This document shows, piece after piece, positions 43,291-52,204 of a stretch of DNA of 64,000 nt (position 1 is the stretch's first letter; the number at the start of each line of letters is the position of its first letter). The stretch covers positions 1,270-65,269 of the forward strand of contig DASQUK010000048.1 of the NCBI GenBank assembly GCA_035641315.1, given 5' to 3'. Origin of the DNA: Acidimicrobiales bacterium. Lineage in GTDB: Bacteria; Actinomycetota; Acidimicrobiia; Acidimicrobiales; VFJN01. Position numbers and translations under genes: made by a program. The notes below the pieces were generated by a model. It was given only the letters and a program-made list of their open reading frames with translations, made no database searches and was not told where the DNA came from.

Positions 43291-44037
43291 TCAGGCCGCC
43301 GGTCCGGCGCCGATGCCGTGGATCAGGAGCTCCCACAGGTCCTCGTCGCCACTCCCGTCGCGGATCGACGTGCCGCTGATCGTCGTCGAGAACGCGTTGA
43401 AGCTGATGGCCTGGATGAGGATGCCGGCGATCCGCCGGTGGGGGAGGTCGGGGCGGATGGCACCGGCCTGCGCCGCCTCGTCGAGCAACTCCTCGAGCAG
43501 CGACACGAGCGGAACGTAGGCCCGGGACGCCTCCTTCGGGTGATCGGTGAGGAGCTGCTGGGCGAAGGCGCCCATTGCGGGGTTTGGGCCCTTCTTCGGG
43601 GCGCGACCCTTGGGTGCGGGCCGGCACACCTGGTAGTACTCGACCGCGAAGCGATGGAGGCGGTCGAGGGGGTCGTCCTCCTTGGCGATGACCTCGCGCA
43701 GGTGCTCGGCAGTCGAGCGCACCGACTCCTCGAACAGCGCGAGCAGGAGCTCGTGCTTCCCGGCGAAGTACTGGTAGAAGCTCCGGAGCGACTGGCCCGA
43801 CCGCTCGACCACTTCCTGGACGGTGAAGTCCTTGGTCGACTCGCTGTACATGAACTCGAGCGCCGCGTCGAGGAAGCGCTGCACACGCTTCTCGGCGCGC
43901 GACCGAGCCGGGTCGAGCGACCGAGCCACGGCCAGCTCCCGCCAGCTGCCGGGATGAGCGGTCGCCGCGGCCTCGGCCGCAGGTTCGTTTCGCGCCATGG
44001 GCCCAGCGTACTCGGCGGTAACGAAACGCCGCGCCAT
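43291..44037 (-). CDS. TetR family transcriptional regulator
   Basis: Within ORF 43291..44196. HTH is FTVQEVVERSGQSLRSFYQYFAGKHELL. Start is ATG 44037 or ATG 43998. Confidence 0.82.
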   Translation of the reverse strand: MARRFVTAEYAGPMARNEPAAEAAATAHPGSWRELAVARSLDPARSRAEKRVQRFLDAALEFMYSESTKDFTVQEVVERSGQSLRSFYQYFAGKHELLLALFEESVRSTAEHLREVIAKEDDPLDRLHRFAVEYYQVCRPAPKGRAPKKGPNPAMGAFAQQLLTDHPKEASRAYVPLVSLLEELLDEAAQAGAIRPDLPHRRIAGILIQAISFNAFSTTISGTSIRDGSGDEDLWELLIHGIGAGPAA

Positions 44038-44097
44038 TGGAGAGGATCGATCGCGATTTTCAAGAGGGGTGCTTTCGTGCGTCCGCCATGCAGCGCG

Positions 44098-44116
44098 GTT
44101 CTCGCAATCCGAGAAC
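44098..44116. promoter_or_regulatory. palindromic operator candidate
   Basis: GTTCTCG-caatc-CGAGAAC has 7-bp arms. It sits in the divergent region between the TetR and the reductase gene, 11 nt upstream of a TAGCCT -10-like hexamer (44127-44132) that lies 6 nt before ATG 44139. Confidence 0.45.
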
Positions 44117-44138
44117 AGCGTTCTGCTAGCCTTGTCGC

Positions 44139-45233
44139 ATGGGCGACCTCCCGGCCCGCACTCTCGACGGCGACCACGACGAGGTCCGGCGCGCACACGG
44201 CTACCACGTCCTCCAGGTCAAGGAGGTCGTCCAGGAGACCCACGACACGCGGTCGTTCGTGCTCGACGTCCCCGCTGAGCTGGCCGACACCTTCCGGTAC
44301 CGGGCGGGTCAGTTCTGCACGTTCCGGGTCCGCATCGGCGGCGAGCAGCTCCTGCGGTCCTACTCGATGTCGAGCGCTCCGGAGACCGACCGTGACCTCA
44401 CGGTGACCGTCAAGCGTGTCGAGGGCGGTCTGGTCTCCAACTGGTTCAACGACGAGGTGGCGGCGGGCGACGTCCTCGAGCTCACCAGGCCGGCCGGCGT
44501 CTTCTGCGTGCGCGGCGGCTCCCGCCCTGTGGTGGCGTTCTGCGGCGGCAGCGGCATCACACCGGTCATGTCGATCGCCAAGAGCGTGCTGGCGACGACG
44601 GGCCGGTCCGTGCGGCTGCTCTACGCCAATCGCGACCGCGCGTCGGTGATCTTCGACGAGGACCTGCGGTCGTTGGGGGCGCGCCATACCCGCCGCCTCG
44701 ACGTGCGCCACCACTTCGACAGCGACGGCGGCTTCCTCGACGCGGGCGCCGTCGCCGAGTTCACCGGGTCCGCCGCCCCCGGCCTCGACGCCGACTTCTA
44801 CATCTGTGGGCCGGGACCGTTCATGCAGCTGGTCGAGGCGACGCTGCACGACGCCGGTGTCGATCCTGCGCGCATCTCGATCGAGCGCTTCGACGCCGCC
44901 GGTGAGCCCGCCGGCACCGTCCCCGCCGCTCCCGCGGGCGACGACGCCGAGGTGCCCGACTCGGTGACCGTGATCCTCGCCGGCAAGAAGGTCACCATCG
45001 GCTACCAGCCGGGCGACACCGTGCTGGAGACCGCTCGCCGCGGTGGGCTGCAGGCTCCGTTCTCCTGCGAGGCCGGCAACTGTGCCACCTGCATGGCCAT
45101 CCTGCGCGAGGGTTCCGCCGCCATGCGGGCCAACAACGCGCTGACTCCCGACGAGGTGGAGGAAGGGTGGATCCTGACGTGCCAGGCGCTTCCCGAGGGT
45201 CGCACCGTCACCGTCGAGTACGAAGCGTTCTAA
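44139..45233 (+). CDS. ferredoxin-NAD(P)H reductase with C-terminal plant-type [2Fe-2S] domain (oxygenase reductase component)
   Basis: 364-aa ORF. FAD-binding RSYSMSS. NAD-binding FCGGSGITPVMS. 2Fe-2S motif CEAGNCATC...C. Confidence 0.9.
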   Translation: MGDLPARTLDGDHDEVRRAHGYHVLQVKEVVQETHDTRSFVLDVPAELADTFRYRAGQFCTFRVRIGGEQLLRSYSMSSAPETDRDLTVTVKRVEGGLVSNWFNDEVAAGDVLELTRPAGVFCVRGGSRPVVAFCGGSGITPVMSIAKSVLATTGRSVRLLYANRDRASVIFDEDLRSLGARHTRRLDVRHHFDSDGGFLDAGAVAEFTGSAAPGLDADFYICGPGPFMQLVEATLHDAGVDPARISIERFDAAGEPAGTVPAAPAGDDAEVPDSVTVILAGKKVTIGYQPGDTVLETARRGGLQAPFSCEAGNCATCMAILREGSAAMRANNALTPDEVEEGWILTCQALPEGRTVTVEYEAF

Positions 45234-45243
45234 CCCGTCTGGC

Positions 45244-45338
45244 GAGGCAACACGGTCCGGCGGGACGGCCGCGAGGCAATACGGTCCGGGGGCTGGTCCT
45301 CATTGCCTCGGGCTGCCGCCAGCGGACTCTATTGGCTC
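45244..45338. repeat. nested-palindrome repeat, diverged copy C
   Basis: Motifs GAGGCAACACGGTCCG (45244), GAGGCAATACGGTCCG (45273), TGGTCCTCATTGCCTC (45294), CGGACTCTATTGGCTC (45323). Spacing of 29/21/29 matches copies A/B. It fills the convergent gap 45234-45336 and overlaps the stop at 45337-45339. Confidence 0.7.
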
Positions 45339-46101
45339 ACGTGTTGCGGCCGCCGTTGACGCCGATGACCTGCCCGGTGATGTAGCCGGCATCGTCGGAG
45401 ACCAGGAACCCGCACGCGGCGGCGATGTCGTCGGGCCGCCCGGGCCGTCGCACCGGCGTCATCTCGGCGATGCGGTCGACGCTCGTCCCGAGGCGGCCCT
45501 CCTCCTCAGACGCCCGGAGCATCGGCGTGTCGATGAAACCCGGCGGGATGGTGTTCACCGTGATGCCCCTTGGGCCGAACTCGAGCGCCAGCGCCTTGGT
45601 GAAGCCGATGAGCCCGGCCTTGGACGACACGTAGTGCACCATGAACTGCTGCCCGCCCTGCGCGCTCGACGACGAGATGTTCACGATCCGGCCCCAGCCC
45701 GCGTCGATCATGTCCGGTAGCACCGCCTGAGTGCAGTAGAAGGGGCCGTTGAGGTTCACGGCGATGATCCGGTCCCACTCCTCGTCGGTGATCTTCAGGA
45801 ACGGCGTGAAGCCTGGCAGTCCGGCGTTGTTGACGAGCACGAGCACCGGTCCGAGCGCGTCCCGCACGCGCTGCACGGCGTCGTTCACCCGCCCGCGGTC
45901 GGACACGTCCACGCCGCAGGCGACCGCCTCGTGGCCCTTCTCGCGCAGCGCGTCGGCCACGGTCTCGGCGGCCGCCTCGTTCAGGTCGAGGATCGCGACG
46001 GCGTGCCCGTCCTCGGCCAGCCGTTGGGCGATGGCGCGCCCGATCCCGGACCCGGCACCGGTCACGATCGCGGTTCGTCGTGCGCTCATGTGTGCGCTCA
46101 T
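45337..46101 (-). CDS. SDR family oxidoreductase (FabG-like)
   Basis: Within ORF 45337..46227: AIVTGAGSGIGRA, NNAG, YVSSKAG. ATG 46101 overlaps the upstream stop (ATGA). A second in-frame ATG at 46089 was created by a 12-bp duplication. Confidence 0.88.
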   Translation of the reverse strand: MSAHMSARRTAIVTGAGSGIGRAIAQRLAEDGHAVAILDLNEAAAETVADALREKGHEAVACGVDVSDRGRVNDAVQRVRDALGPVLVLVNNAGLPGFTPFLKITDEEWDRIIAVNLNGPFYCTQAVLPDMIDAGWGRIVNISSSSAQGGQQFMVHYVSSKAGLIGFTKALALEFGPRGITVNTIPPGFIDTPMLRASEEEGRLGTSVDRIAEMTPVRRPGRPDDIAAACGFLVSDDAGYITGQVIGVNGGRNT

Positions 46102-46104
46102 GTG
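46081..46104. repeat. perfect 12-bp tandem duplication at a gene junction
   Basis: TGCGCTCATGTG occurs twice (46081-46092 and 46093-46104), giving MSAH-MSAR at the SDR N-terminus and a duplicated ATGA. Confidence 0.9.
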
Positions 46105-47747
46105 ACGGTCTCCTCCTGCATGGCAACGAGCTGCCCGTCCCGGAGCTGCTGGCGCAGCCGGAACTTCTGGATCTTGCCGGACGGCGTGCGGGGGAACTCC
46201 CGTACCTCGTAGAGGGACTCCGGCCACTTCTGGCGGGCCAGCCCGGCGGCGGCGAGGTGCGTGCGCACATCGTCGAGCGTCGTAGCCGGCACCCCGGCAC
46301 GCACCTGGAACACGGCGGCCGCGTGCTCGCCGAGGCGTTCGTCGGGTGCGGCGACGACGGCGACCTCGGCGACGCCGTCCATGCGCAGCAGGAGCTCCTC
46401 CACCTCCTGGGCGCTGACGTTCTCGCCGCCGCGGATGATGATGTCCGACACGCGATCGGTGATCGTGAGGTAGCCGTCGTCGTCGAGCACGCCGACGTCG
46501 CCCGTCCGGTACCAGCCGTCGTCGTCGAACACGGCTGCGGTGAGGTCGGGGTCTGTGTACCCGACGAAGCAGTCGGGGCCCCGGCTCAGGATCTGCCCGT
46601 CGGGGTCGAGGCGCACCTCGACGCCCGGCAACGGGTGGCCGTCGGTGGTGAGCCGCTTGGTCTCGGGGTCGTCGAGCAGTGACCCGGTGATGGAGGGGTG
46701 CTCGGTGCTGCCGTAGGAGCGGAACACCTTGATCCCGAGGCGCGTCGCCCGTTCGGTGACCGCGACCGGGACGGTCGACCCGCCGAGCCCGGCGAAGGGC
46801 ATCAGCGCCAGGTGCTCGTCGCTGAAGTCGGGATGGTCGAGGAGGCTGGTCAGGAAGTAGGTCGCGCCGCCCCCGACGCTGAGGCCCTCGTCGAGCATCA
46901 TGCGCAGCACCTCGCCGGGGTCCCAGACGTCGATCAGGTTGACGGGCCGCGGGCGCAGCAGCGGCACCAGGAACGCGTTGAGCATGCCGATGAAGTGGCC
47001 GACCGGTGCTCCGGTGATCTGCGGTGGCCCGCCGCCGGGGAAGAGATGATCGAGCTGGCGGGTCTCGCAGCCGATCGTGCGGTGCGAGTGCACCACGCCC
47101 TTCGGGTCACGCGTCGTGCCGGACGTGAAGGCGACCAGCGCCGGGGTGTCGGGGTCGACGGCGGCGGGCGCCGGCATGGGTTCGGCGTCGAGCATGGCCT
47201 CGAACGGCGTCGCCCCGGCCGGCAGCTTCCCGGCGGGCGTGGCGCCCGCCACCAACCACAGCGGCTGGGGACGGCGCGACAGCAGGTCCTCGTAGGTGGC
47301 CAGGTAGTCGTTGTGGCCGAACCGGTCGGCCGTCACGATCGCCTCGGGTTCCGTCGCCCGGAGGATGTAGTCGACCTCCTTGGCGCCGTAGAAGTGCACG
47401 ATCGGGACGACGACGGCTCCCAGGTAGGCGGCCGCCCAGAACGAGATGCCGGCCTCCACCCAGTTGGGGAGCTGACACGCCACGACGTCGCCCGGCCCGA
47501 TGCCCCGGGAACGGAGGGCTGCCGCCAGGGAGCGCGCCGCCCGGTCGACGTCGGCGAACGTGCCCGACCACGGCCGCACCTTGGAGCGCACACGGAACCC
47601 CGCGTCGGCCATGCTCCCGAGGCCGTCGGCCACCATCGCTCCCAGCGTGGCGTCGTTCCACCAGCCCTCGGCTAGGTAGCGCTGGGCGCGCACCGGCTCG
47701 GTTGCACGCAGCTGCCACCTGTCCCGACCGACGCTGATCGGTTGCAC
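46098..47747 (-). CDS. AMP-dependent acyl-CoA synthetase/ligase
   Basis: 549-aa ORF with GTG start after GGAAGGAGGGG. Adenylation motifs FTSGTTRDPKGV, YGSTE, YRTGD, and C-terminal PRTPSGKIQK. Confidence 0.9.
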   Translation of the reverse strand: MQPISVGRDRWQLRATEPVRAQRYLAEGWWNDATLGAMVADGLGSMADAGFRVRSKVRPWSGTFADVDRAARSLAAALRSRGIGPGDVVACQLPNWVEAGISFWAAAYLGAVVVPIVHFYGAKEVDYILRATEPEAIVTADRFGHNDYLATYEDLLSRRPQPLWLVAGATPAGKLPAGATPFEAMLDAEPMPAPAAVDPDTPALVAFTSGTTRDPKGVVHSHRTIGCETRQLDHLFPGGGPPQITGAPVGHFIGMLNAFLVPLLRPRPVNLIDVWDPGEVLRMMLDEGLSVGGGATYFLTSLLDHPDFSDEHLALMPFAGLGGSTVPVAVTERATRLGIKVFRSYGSTEHPSITGSLLDDPETKRLTTDGHPLPGVEVRLDPDGQILSRGPDCFVGYTDPDLTAAVFDDDGWYRTGDVGVLDDDGYLTITDRVSDIIIRGGENVSAQEVEELLLRMDGVAEVAVVAAPDERLGEHAAAVFQVRAGVPATTLDDVRTHLAAAGLARQKWPESLYEVREFPRTPSGKIQKFRLRQQLRDGQLVAMQEETVT

Positions 47748-47820
47748 CGGGCCCCTCCTTCCCTTCTCGTGACGCTGTCGCTCGCTCCCCTCGGCTTCCT
47801 CGGGGCTGGACGACGTAGTT

Positions 47821-47826
47821 TACAGT
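47821..47826 (+). promoter_or_regulatory. candidate -10 TACAGT immediately upstream of ATG 47835
   Basis: TACAGT-aggagaga-ATG, with the hexamer ending 8 nt before the start. The transcript would be leaderless or have a very short leader. Confidence 0.35.
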
Positions 47827-47834
47827 AGGAGAGA

Positions 47835-49415
47835 ATGACGTTCTCCGCACAGACCATCCCAGCCATGACCGCGGCGGCGGCGGAGCGGTTCGGCGGCCAG
47901 CTCGCAATCGTCGATGGTGACACCCGGCTCTCGTTCGCCGAGCTGTTCGAGGAGGCCCGCACGTTCGGCGCCGCCCTCGTCGCCTCCGACATCCAGCCGG
48001 GCGAGCGGGTGTCGATCTGGGCCTTCAACAGCGTCGAATGGGTGATCGCGGCGCTGGGCCTCTGGCAGGCGGGCGCGGTGCTCGTCCCGATCAACACGCG
48101 GTTCAAGGGCGCCGAGGCCGCCGACATCCTGAGGCGCAGCCATGCCCGGGCGCTGATCACGATCACCGACTTCCTCGACACCGACTACGTCGCCATGCTG
48201 CGGGCCACCGGCATCGACCTGCCGGACCTGCGGACCATCGTTGTCGCGCAGGGCAAGGCGCCGAAGGGCACCGAGAGTTGGGCCGGCTTCCTGGCCCGTG
48301 CGACCGACGACGGCCGGGCCGAGGTCGACCGCCGCCGGGCCGCCGTCACCGCTGACGATCCGTCGGACATCCTCTTCACCTCCGGGACCACCGGCGTGCC
48401 GAAGGGCGTGGTGTCCACCCAGAGCCGCACGCTCACCGTTGCGAGGGACTGGGTCCCGATGACCGGTCTGGTGCCGGGCGACCGCTACCTCCAGGTGAAC
48501 CCGTACTTCCACATGTTCGGGCTCAAATCCGGCATCCTCACGTCGCTCGCCGCGGGCGTGACGATGCTGCCGGAACCGGTGTTCGACGTGGGCCGAGCCC
48601 TGCAGCGGATCGAGCAGGAGCGGGTGACCGTCCTCCCCGGAGCTCCGACGCTCTACCAGTCGATCCTCGACTACCCGGACCGCGACAGCTACGACCTGTC
48701 GAGCCTGCGAACCGGGACGATCGGCGCTGCCGACATCCCGGTGGAGCTGATCCGGCGCATCTTCGACGAGCTGCCGTACAAGGTGATGGTCTCCGGCTAC
48801 GGGCTCACCGAGGGCGGCACCGCCTGCTCCACCGCACCGGACGACGACCCCGAGACGATCGCCAGGACGGTCGGCCGGCCGCGGCCCACCTTCGAGCTGC
48901 GCTTGGTCGACCAGGATGGCAACGATGTACCCCAAGGCGAGGCGGGGGAGATCCTGCTGCGGGGCGCCAGCGTCATGCTGGAGTACCTCGACGACCCCGA
49001 GGCCACGGCCCAGGCGCTCTCGCCCGACGGCTGGCTGAAGACCGGCGACATCGGCCAGATGACCGACGCCGGTTGCCTGAAGATCGTGGGTCGGGTGAAG
49101 GACATGTTCATCGTCGGCGGGTTCAACGCCTACCCGGCGGAGATCGAGAACATCCTGCTCCGCCACCCCGATGTGCAGCGGGTGGCGGTGATCGGCATCC
49201 CCGACCGGCGCCTGGGTGAGGTCGGCATGGCGTTCGTCGTGCGCCGGCCGGGCTCCGCGGTCACCGCCGACGACATCATCGAGTGGTCGCGGGACCAGAT
49301 GGCCAACTACAAGGCGCCCCGTGTCGTCGAGTTCCTCGACGAGCTGCCTCTCAACGCCACCGGCAAGGTGGTCAAGGACGCGCTGCGCGAGCGCGCCGCG
49401 AAGCGGCGTACTTGA
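47835..49415 (+). CDS. AMP-dependent acyl-CoA synthetase/ligase
   Basis: 526-aa ORF with FTSGTTGVPKGV, GYGLTE, LKTGD, and NATGKVVK. Confidence 0.9.
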   Translation: MTFSAQTIPAMTAAAAERFGGQLAIVDGDTRLSFAELFEEARTFGAALVASDIQPGERVSIWAFNSVEWVIAALGLWQAGAVLVPINTRFKGAEAADILRRSHARALITITDFLDTDYVAMLRATGIDLPDLRTIVVAQGKAPKGTESWAGFLARATDDGRAEVDRRRAAVTADDPSDILFTSGTTGVPKGVVSTQSRTLTVARDWVPMTGLVPGDRYLQVNPYFHMFGLKSGILTSLAAGVTMLPEPVFDVGRALQRIEQERVTVLPGAPTLYQSILDYPDRDSYDLSSLRTGTIGAADIPVELIRRIFDELPYKVMVSGYGLTEGGTACSTAPDDDPETIARTVGRPRPTFELRLVDQDGNDVPQGEAGEILLRGASVMLEYLDDPEATAQALSPDGWLKTGDIGQMTDAGCLKIVGRVKDMFIVGGFNAYPAEIENILLRHPDVQRVAVIGIPDRRLGEVGMAFVVRRPGSAVTADDIIEWSRDQMANYKAPRVVEFLDELPLNATGKVVKDALRERAAKRRT

Positions 49416-49423
49416 CGGCCCGG

Positions 49424-49479
49424 CGCGTTCTCGCGCCTGGAATGGTCGTCCTGGCGACCAGATTGGGCGCGAGAACGCG
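49424..49479. terminator. nested hairpin between convergent genes
   Basis: The outer stem is a perfect 14 bp, CGCGTTCTCGCGCC / GGCGCGAGAACGCG. It encloses an inner imperfect stem, GGAATGGTCG...CGACCAGATT. It occupies nearly the whole 67-nt gap between the stops at 49415 and 49483. Confidence 0.6.
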
Positions 49480-49482
49480 ATG

Positions 49483-50430
49483 TCAGAGGGGGAGCGGCGC
49501 GGGGAGTTCCCGGCGCTCGAGGATGTCGTTGCCGAGCTCGCGGGTGAGCGAGCGCGTCGCCCCGAGGAGCTGCTCGAGCACGAGGACCCGCCTCACGTAG
49601 CGGTGGAGGGGGTGCTCGGTGGTGAAGCCGATGCCGGCGAGGACCTGCTGGCAGTGGCGGGCTGCGACCCGGGCACCGCGGCCGGCGGTGGCCTTGGCCA
49701 TCGCCGCGGTCTGCGGCGCGTGGTCCAGCCACGCGGCGTCCAGCACGGCGACGGCCGACTCGATGGAGACGAGCGTCTCGGCGAGGCGGTGGCGTACCGC
49801 CTGGAACCGGGCGATCGGGCGCCCGAACTGGATGCGGTCGAGCGCATGTTCGCGGGCCAGCTGCAGCATGCGCCTCGACGCGCCGACCAGCTCGTGTCCC
49901 AGCGCGAGCTGCCCGAGCGCGACGGCCGCCTGCCAGTCGACCGGCCCGAGCTCGCTCGCACCATCGACCCCACCGGCCAGCTCGACCAGGCCCAGCGAGG
50001 GGTCGATGCCTTCGACCGTCCGCAGCGCGAGCGATGCGGTCCCGACCTCGACGGCGACGTGCGCCTCACCGGCGCGGCCCACGATCAGCGCCGTGTCGCG
50101 CTCGCGCAGACGTGCGGTCCCCATACCGCGTACGTCGAGCCGGCCCCCGTTCAGCGCTCCAGGAGGGCTCCACTGACCGAGCGCCGGCAGCGCCACGGCC
50201 GCCGCGTCATACCCGAGGGCGTGGGCGAGCACCCGGTCGAGCGCCGAGGACGTGGCGTTTGCCGCCCCCTGCAGCTCGAACAGCACCGACACGGCGGTGC
50301 GGGTGTCGACCGACAGCGCATCCCGCCACCCGAGCTCCTCCTGCGCCGCGTCCAGCGCGGCGCCGTTGTGGCTCTCGGTGGCGTGGCGGAGGCTCCGCTC
50401 GAACAGCTCGAGATCCTCGCCTTCGATCAT
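49483..50430 (-). CDS. acyl-CoA dehydrogenase-like protein, probable non-catalytic beta-type subunit
   Basis: ATG 50430 lies within ORF 49483..51072. The C-terminal ACAD helical domain is present (RIQFGRPIARFQAVRHRLAE). The N-terminal region lacks the (S/T)EPxxGSD FAD motif. Confidence 0.78.
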   Translation of the reverse strand: MIEGEDLELFERSLRHATESHNGAALDAAQEELGWRDALSVDTRTAVSVLFELQGAANATSSALDRVLAHALGYDAAAVALPALGQWSPPGALNGGRLDVRGMGTARLRERDTALIVGRAGEAHVAVEVGTASLALRTVEGIDPSLGLVELAGGVDGASELGPVDWQAAVALGQLALGHELVGASRRMLQLAREHALDRIQFGRPIARFQAVRHRLAETLVSIESAVAVLDAAWLDHAPQTAAMAKATAGRGARVAARHCQQVLAGIGFTTEHPLHRYVRRVLVLEQLLGATRSLTRELGNDILERRELPAPLPL

Positions 50431-50611
50431 GGGCGTACCTCGACTCGGCCGAAGGCCGAGGCCGTTGATCGCTTCCGGCGAAGGGCGGGTAGGGAGCGGG
50501 TGGCGCCGAGGATGCGGGCCGCTGCCGGCGCCTCTTGGCGCTGGCGGCGGTAGGGCCGCACCGCAGGCGACAGGACCCGTGAGCGGAGGGGAGCGGACGG
50601 GCGCAGCCGGC

Positions 50612-51754
50612 TCACTGGTCGCTCCCCAGCTCGAGCAGGCGGCGGGCGATGATGTTGCGCTGGATCTCGGCGGTGCCGCCGTAGATCGTTGCGGCGCGCG
50701 AGTAGATGAACTCGCCCCGCCAGCGCTCGCTCTCGGGGTCGTCGCCGATCGTGACCGCGGCGGGCAAAGCGTCCGCGGCGAGGTCGAACACAGCCTGCTC
50801 GGCGGTCGCGAGGAGCACCTTGTCGATCGAGGTCTCCGGTCCCAGCCCGGTTCCCGCCGCCATCCGGTGCTGCGTAGCCCGCGACCGGGCGCGGAATGCG
50901 TAGACGAGCTGGGTGACCTCGCCGAGCGCGAGCGGGTCGAGGGCGCCCGGCTCTGCGGCGTTGACGACGTCCCGCAGCCGGCGGTGCAGCCAGGCCGCCC
51001 GCTGCCAGAGGGACGTGCTCCGCTCGTAGGGGAGGAGATCCATGGCGACCGCCCAACCCTGGCCCTCTTCACCGATGGTGCGGTCGAAGGGGACGAGCAC
51101 GTCGTCGTAGAAGACCTCCGAGAACTCCTTCTCGCCGTCCATGGTCTCGATGGGCCGGATCGTGATGCCGGGCGAGTCCATGTCGACGAAGAGGGCGGTG
51201 ATGCCCCGGTGGGCCGATTCGAGGGAGCCGGTCCGGGTCAGCAGGACGCACCGCTGGGCGTACTGGGACAGGCTGGTCCACACCTTCTGGCCGGTCACCC
51301 GCCAGCCGTCGTCGGTGCGGACGGCGCGGCAGGTGAGCGACGCGAGGTTGCTGCCGGTGCCCGGCTCGGAGAAGCCCTGGCACCAGACCTCGTCGCCGCG
51401 CAGCAGCGGCGGCAGCATCGCCGCGGACAGCTCGGGCCGGGCGAACGTGATCACCGAAGGCCCGAGCACCTCGGGCATCGAGTAGAGGCCGGGTTCCACC
51501 AGGTCCCGCGCCGTGACCGCCTCGCTCAGGTAGGCGCGCAGGAGCGTCGACCCACCGAACCCGCCGACGTGCTCCGGCCAGCCCCAGCGGGCCCAGCCGG
51601 CGTCGAACGCGAGGCGCCGCACCTTGGCGATCTGGGCCATCTTCTGGTCGAGCGTGCCTCTGCCGTCGAAGGCGGTGGCGAGCTCGTCGGCGTGCTCGTC
51701 GAGCCAGTCATCCAGCGACTTGCGGAAGGCGTCGAGCTCCATGGCTCCGGTCAC
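50612..51754 (-). CDS. acyl-CoA dehydrogenase, alpha-type subunit
   Basis: 380-aa ORF with WCQGFSEPGTGSNLASL, KVWTS, and IYGGTAEIQRN. Confidence 0.9.
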   Translation of the reverse strand: MTGAMELDAFRKSLDDWLDEHADELATAFDGRGTLDQKMAQIAKVRRLAFDAGWARWGWPEHVGGFGGSTLLRAYLSEAVTARDLVEPGLYSMPEVLGPSVITFARPELSAAMLPPLLRGDEVWCQGFSEPGTGSNLASLTCRAVRTDDGWRVTGQKVWTSLSQYAQRCVLLTRTGSLESAHRGITALFVDMDSPGITIRPIETMDGEKEFSEVFYDDVLVPFDRTIGEEGQGWAVAMDLLPYERSTSLWQRAAWLHRRLRDVVNAAEPGALDPLALGEVTQLVYAFRARSRATQHRMAAGTGLGPETSIDKVLLATAEQAVFDLAADALPAAVTIGDDPESERWRGEFIYSRAATIYGGTAEIQRNIIARRLLELGSDQ

Positions 51755-51760
51755 CGGGTG

Positions 51761-52204
51761 TTACCCGGCGGGCTGGGCGGTCGGCTCGGGGCGCCGCGGG
51801 TCGTGCGCCTTGCCGGAGTCGGCGCCTCCGTGGCGGCGGAGGAACGTCATCGACCGCGTCTCGAGGCGCCAGCCGTTCTCGGTGCGGACGTAGGTGTCGG
51901 TGTACCAGCCCATACGCATGTCGTGGCTGGTCTGGTCCACGAACAGCAGCGGCTGGGCGCCGCTGCCCTTGTCGCCGTCGAGCTCTAGGAGAGGCGTGCC
52001 CGTCAGGTACAGGCCCTTGGGCGCAGCCTCCACGAGGGACGGGAAGTCCTGCAGCACGTAGGTGGCGCCGAAGGCGCTGTAGGTGCCGTCGGGCGTGAAG
52101 ACCTCGTCGATGATGGTCTGGATGTCCTTCTGCGTCATCTTGACCGAGTACTTCGCGAGCAGCTGCTCGATCTCGATGACGTCGGCGATTGGCATGCCTG
52201 CCAT
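51761..52204 (-). CDS. SnoaL-like / NTF2 family protein
   Basis: ATG 52204 follows SD GGAAGGGAG within ORF 51761..53422. The 147-aa product (IEIEQLLAKYSVKM...GWRLETRSMTF) shows the SnoaL_4-like pattern. It lies 6 nt upstream of the ACAD gene. Confidence 0.72.
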   Translation of the reverse strand: MAGMPIADVIEIEQLLAKYSVKMTQKDIQTIIDEVFTPDGTYSAFGATYVLQDFPSLVEAAPKGLYLTGTPLLELDGDKGSGAQPLLFVDQTSHDMRMGWYTDTYVRTENGWRLETRSMTFLRRHGGADSGKAHDPRRPEPTAQPAG

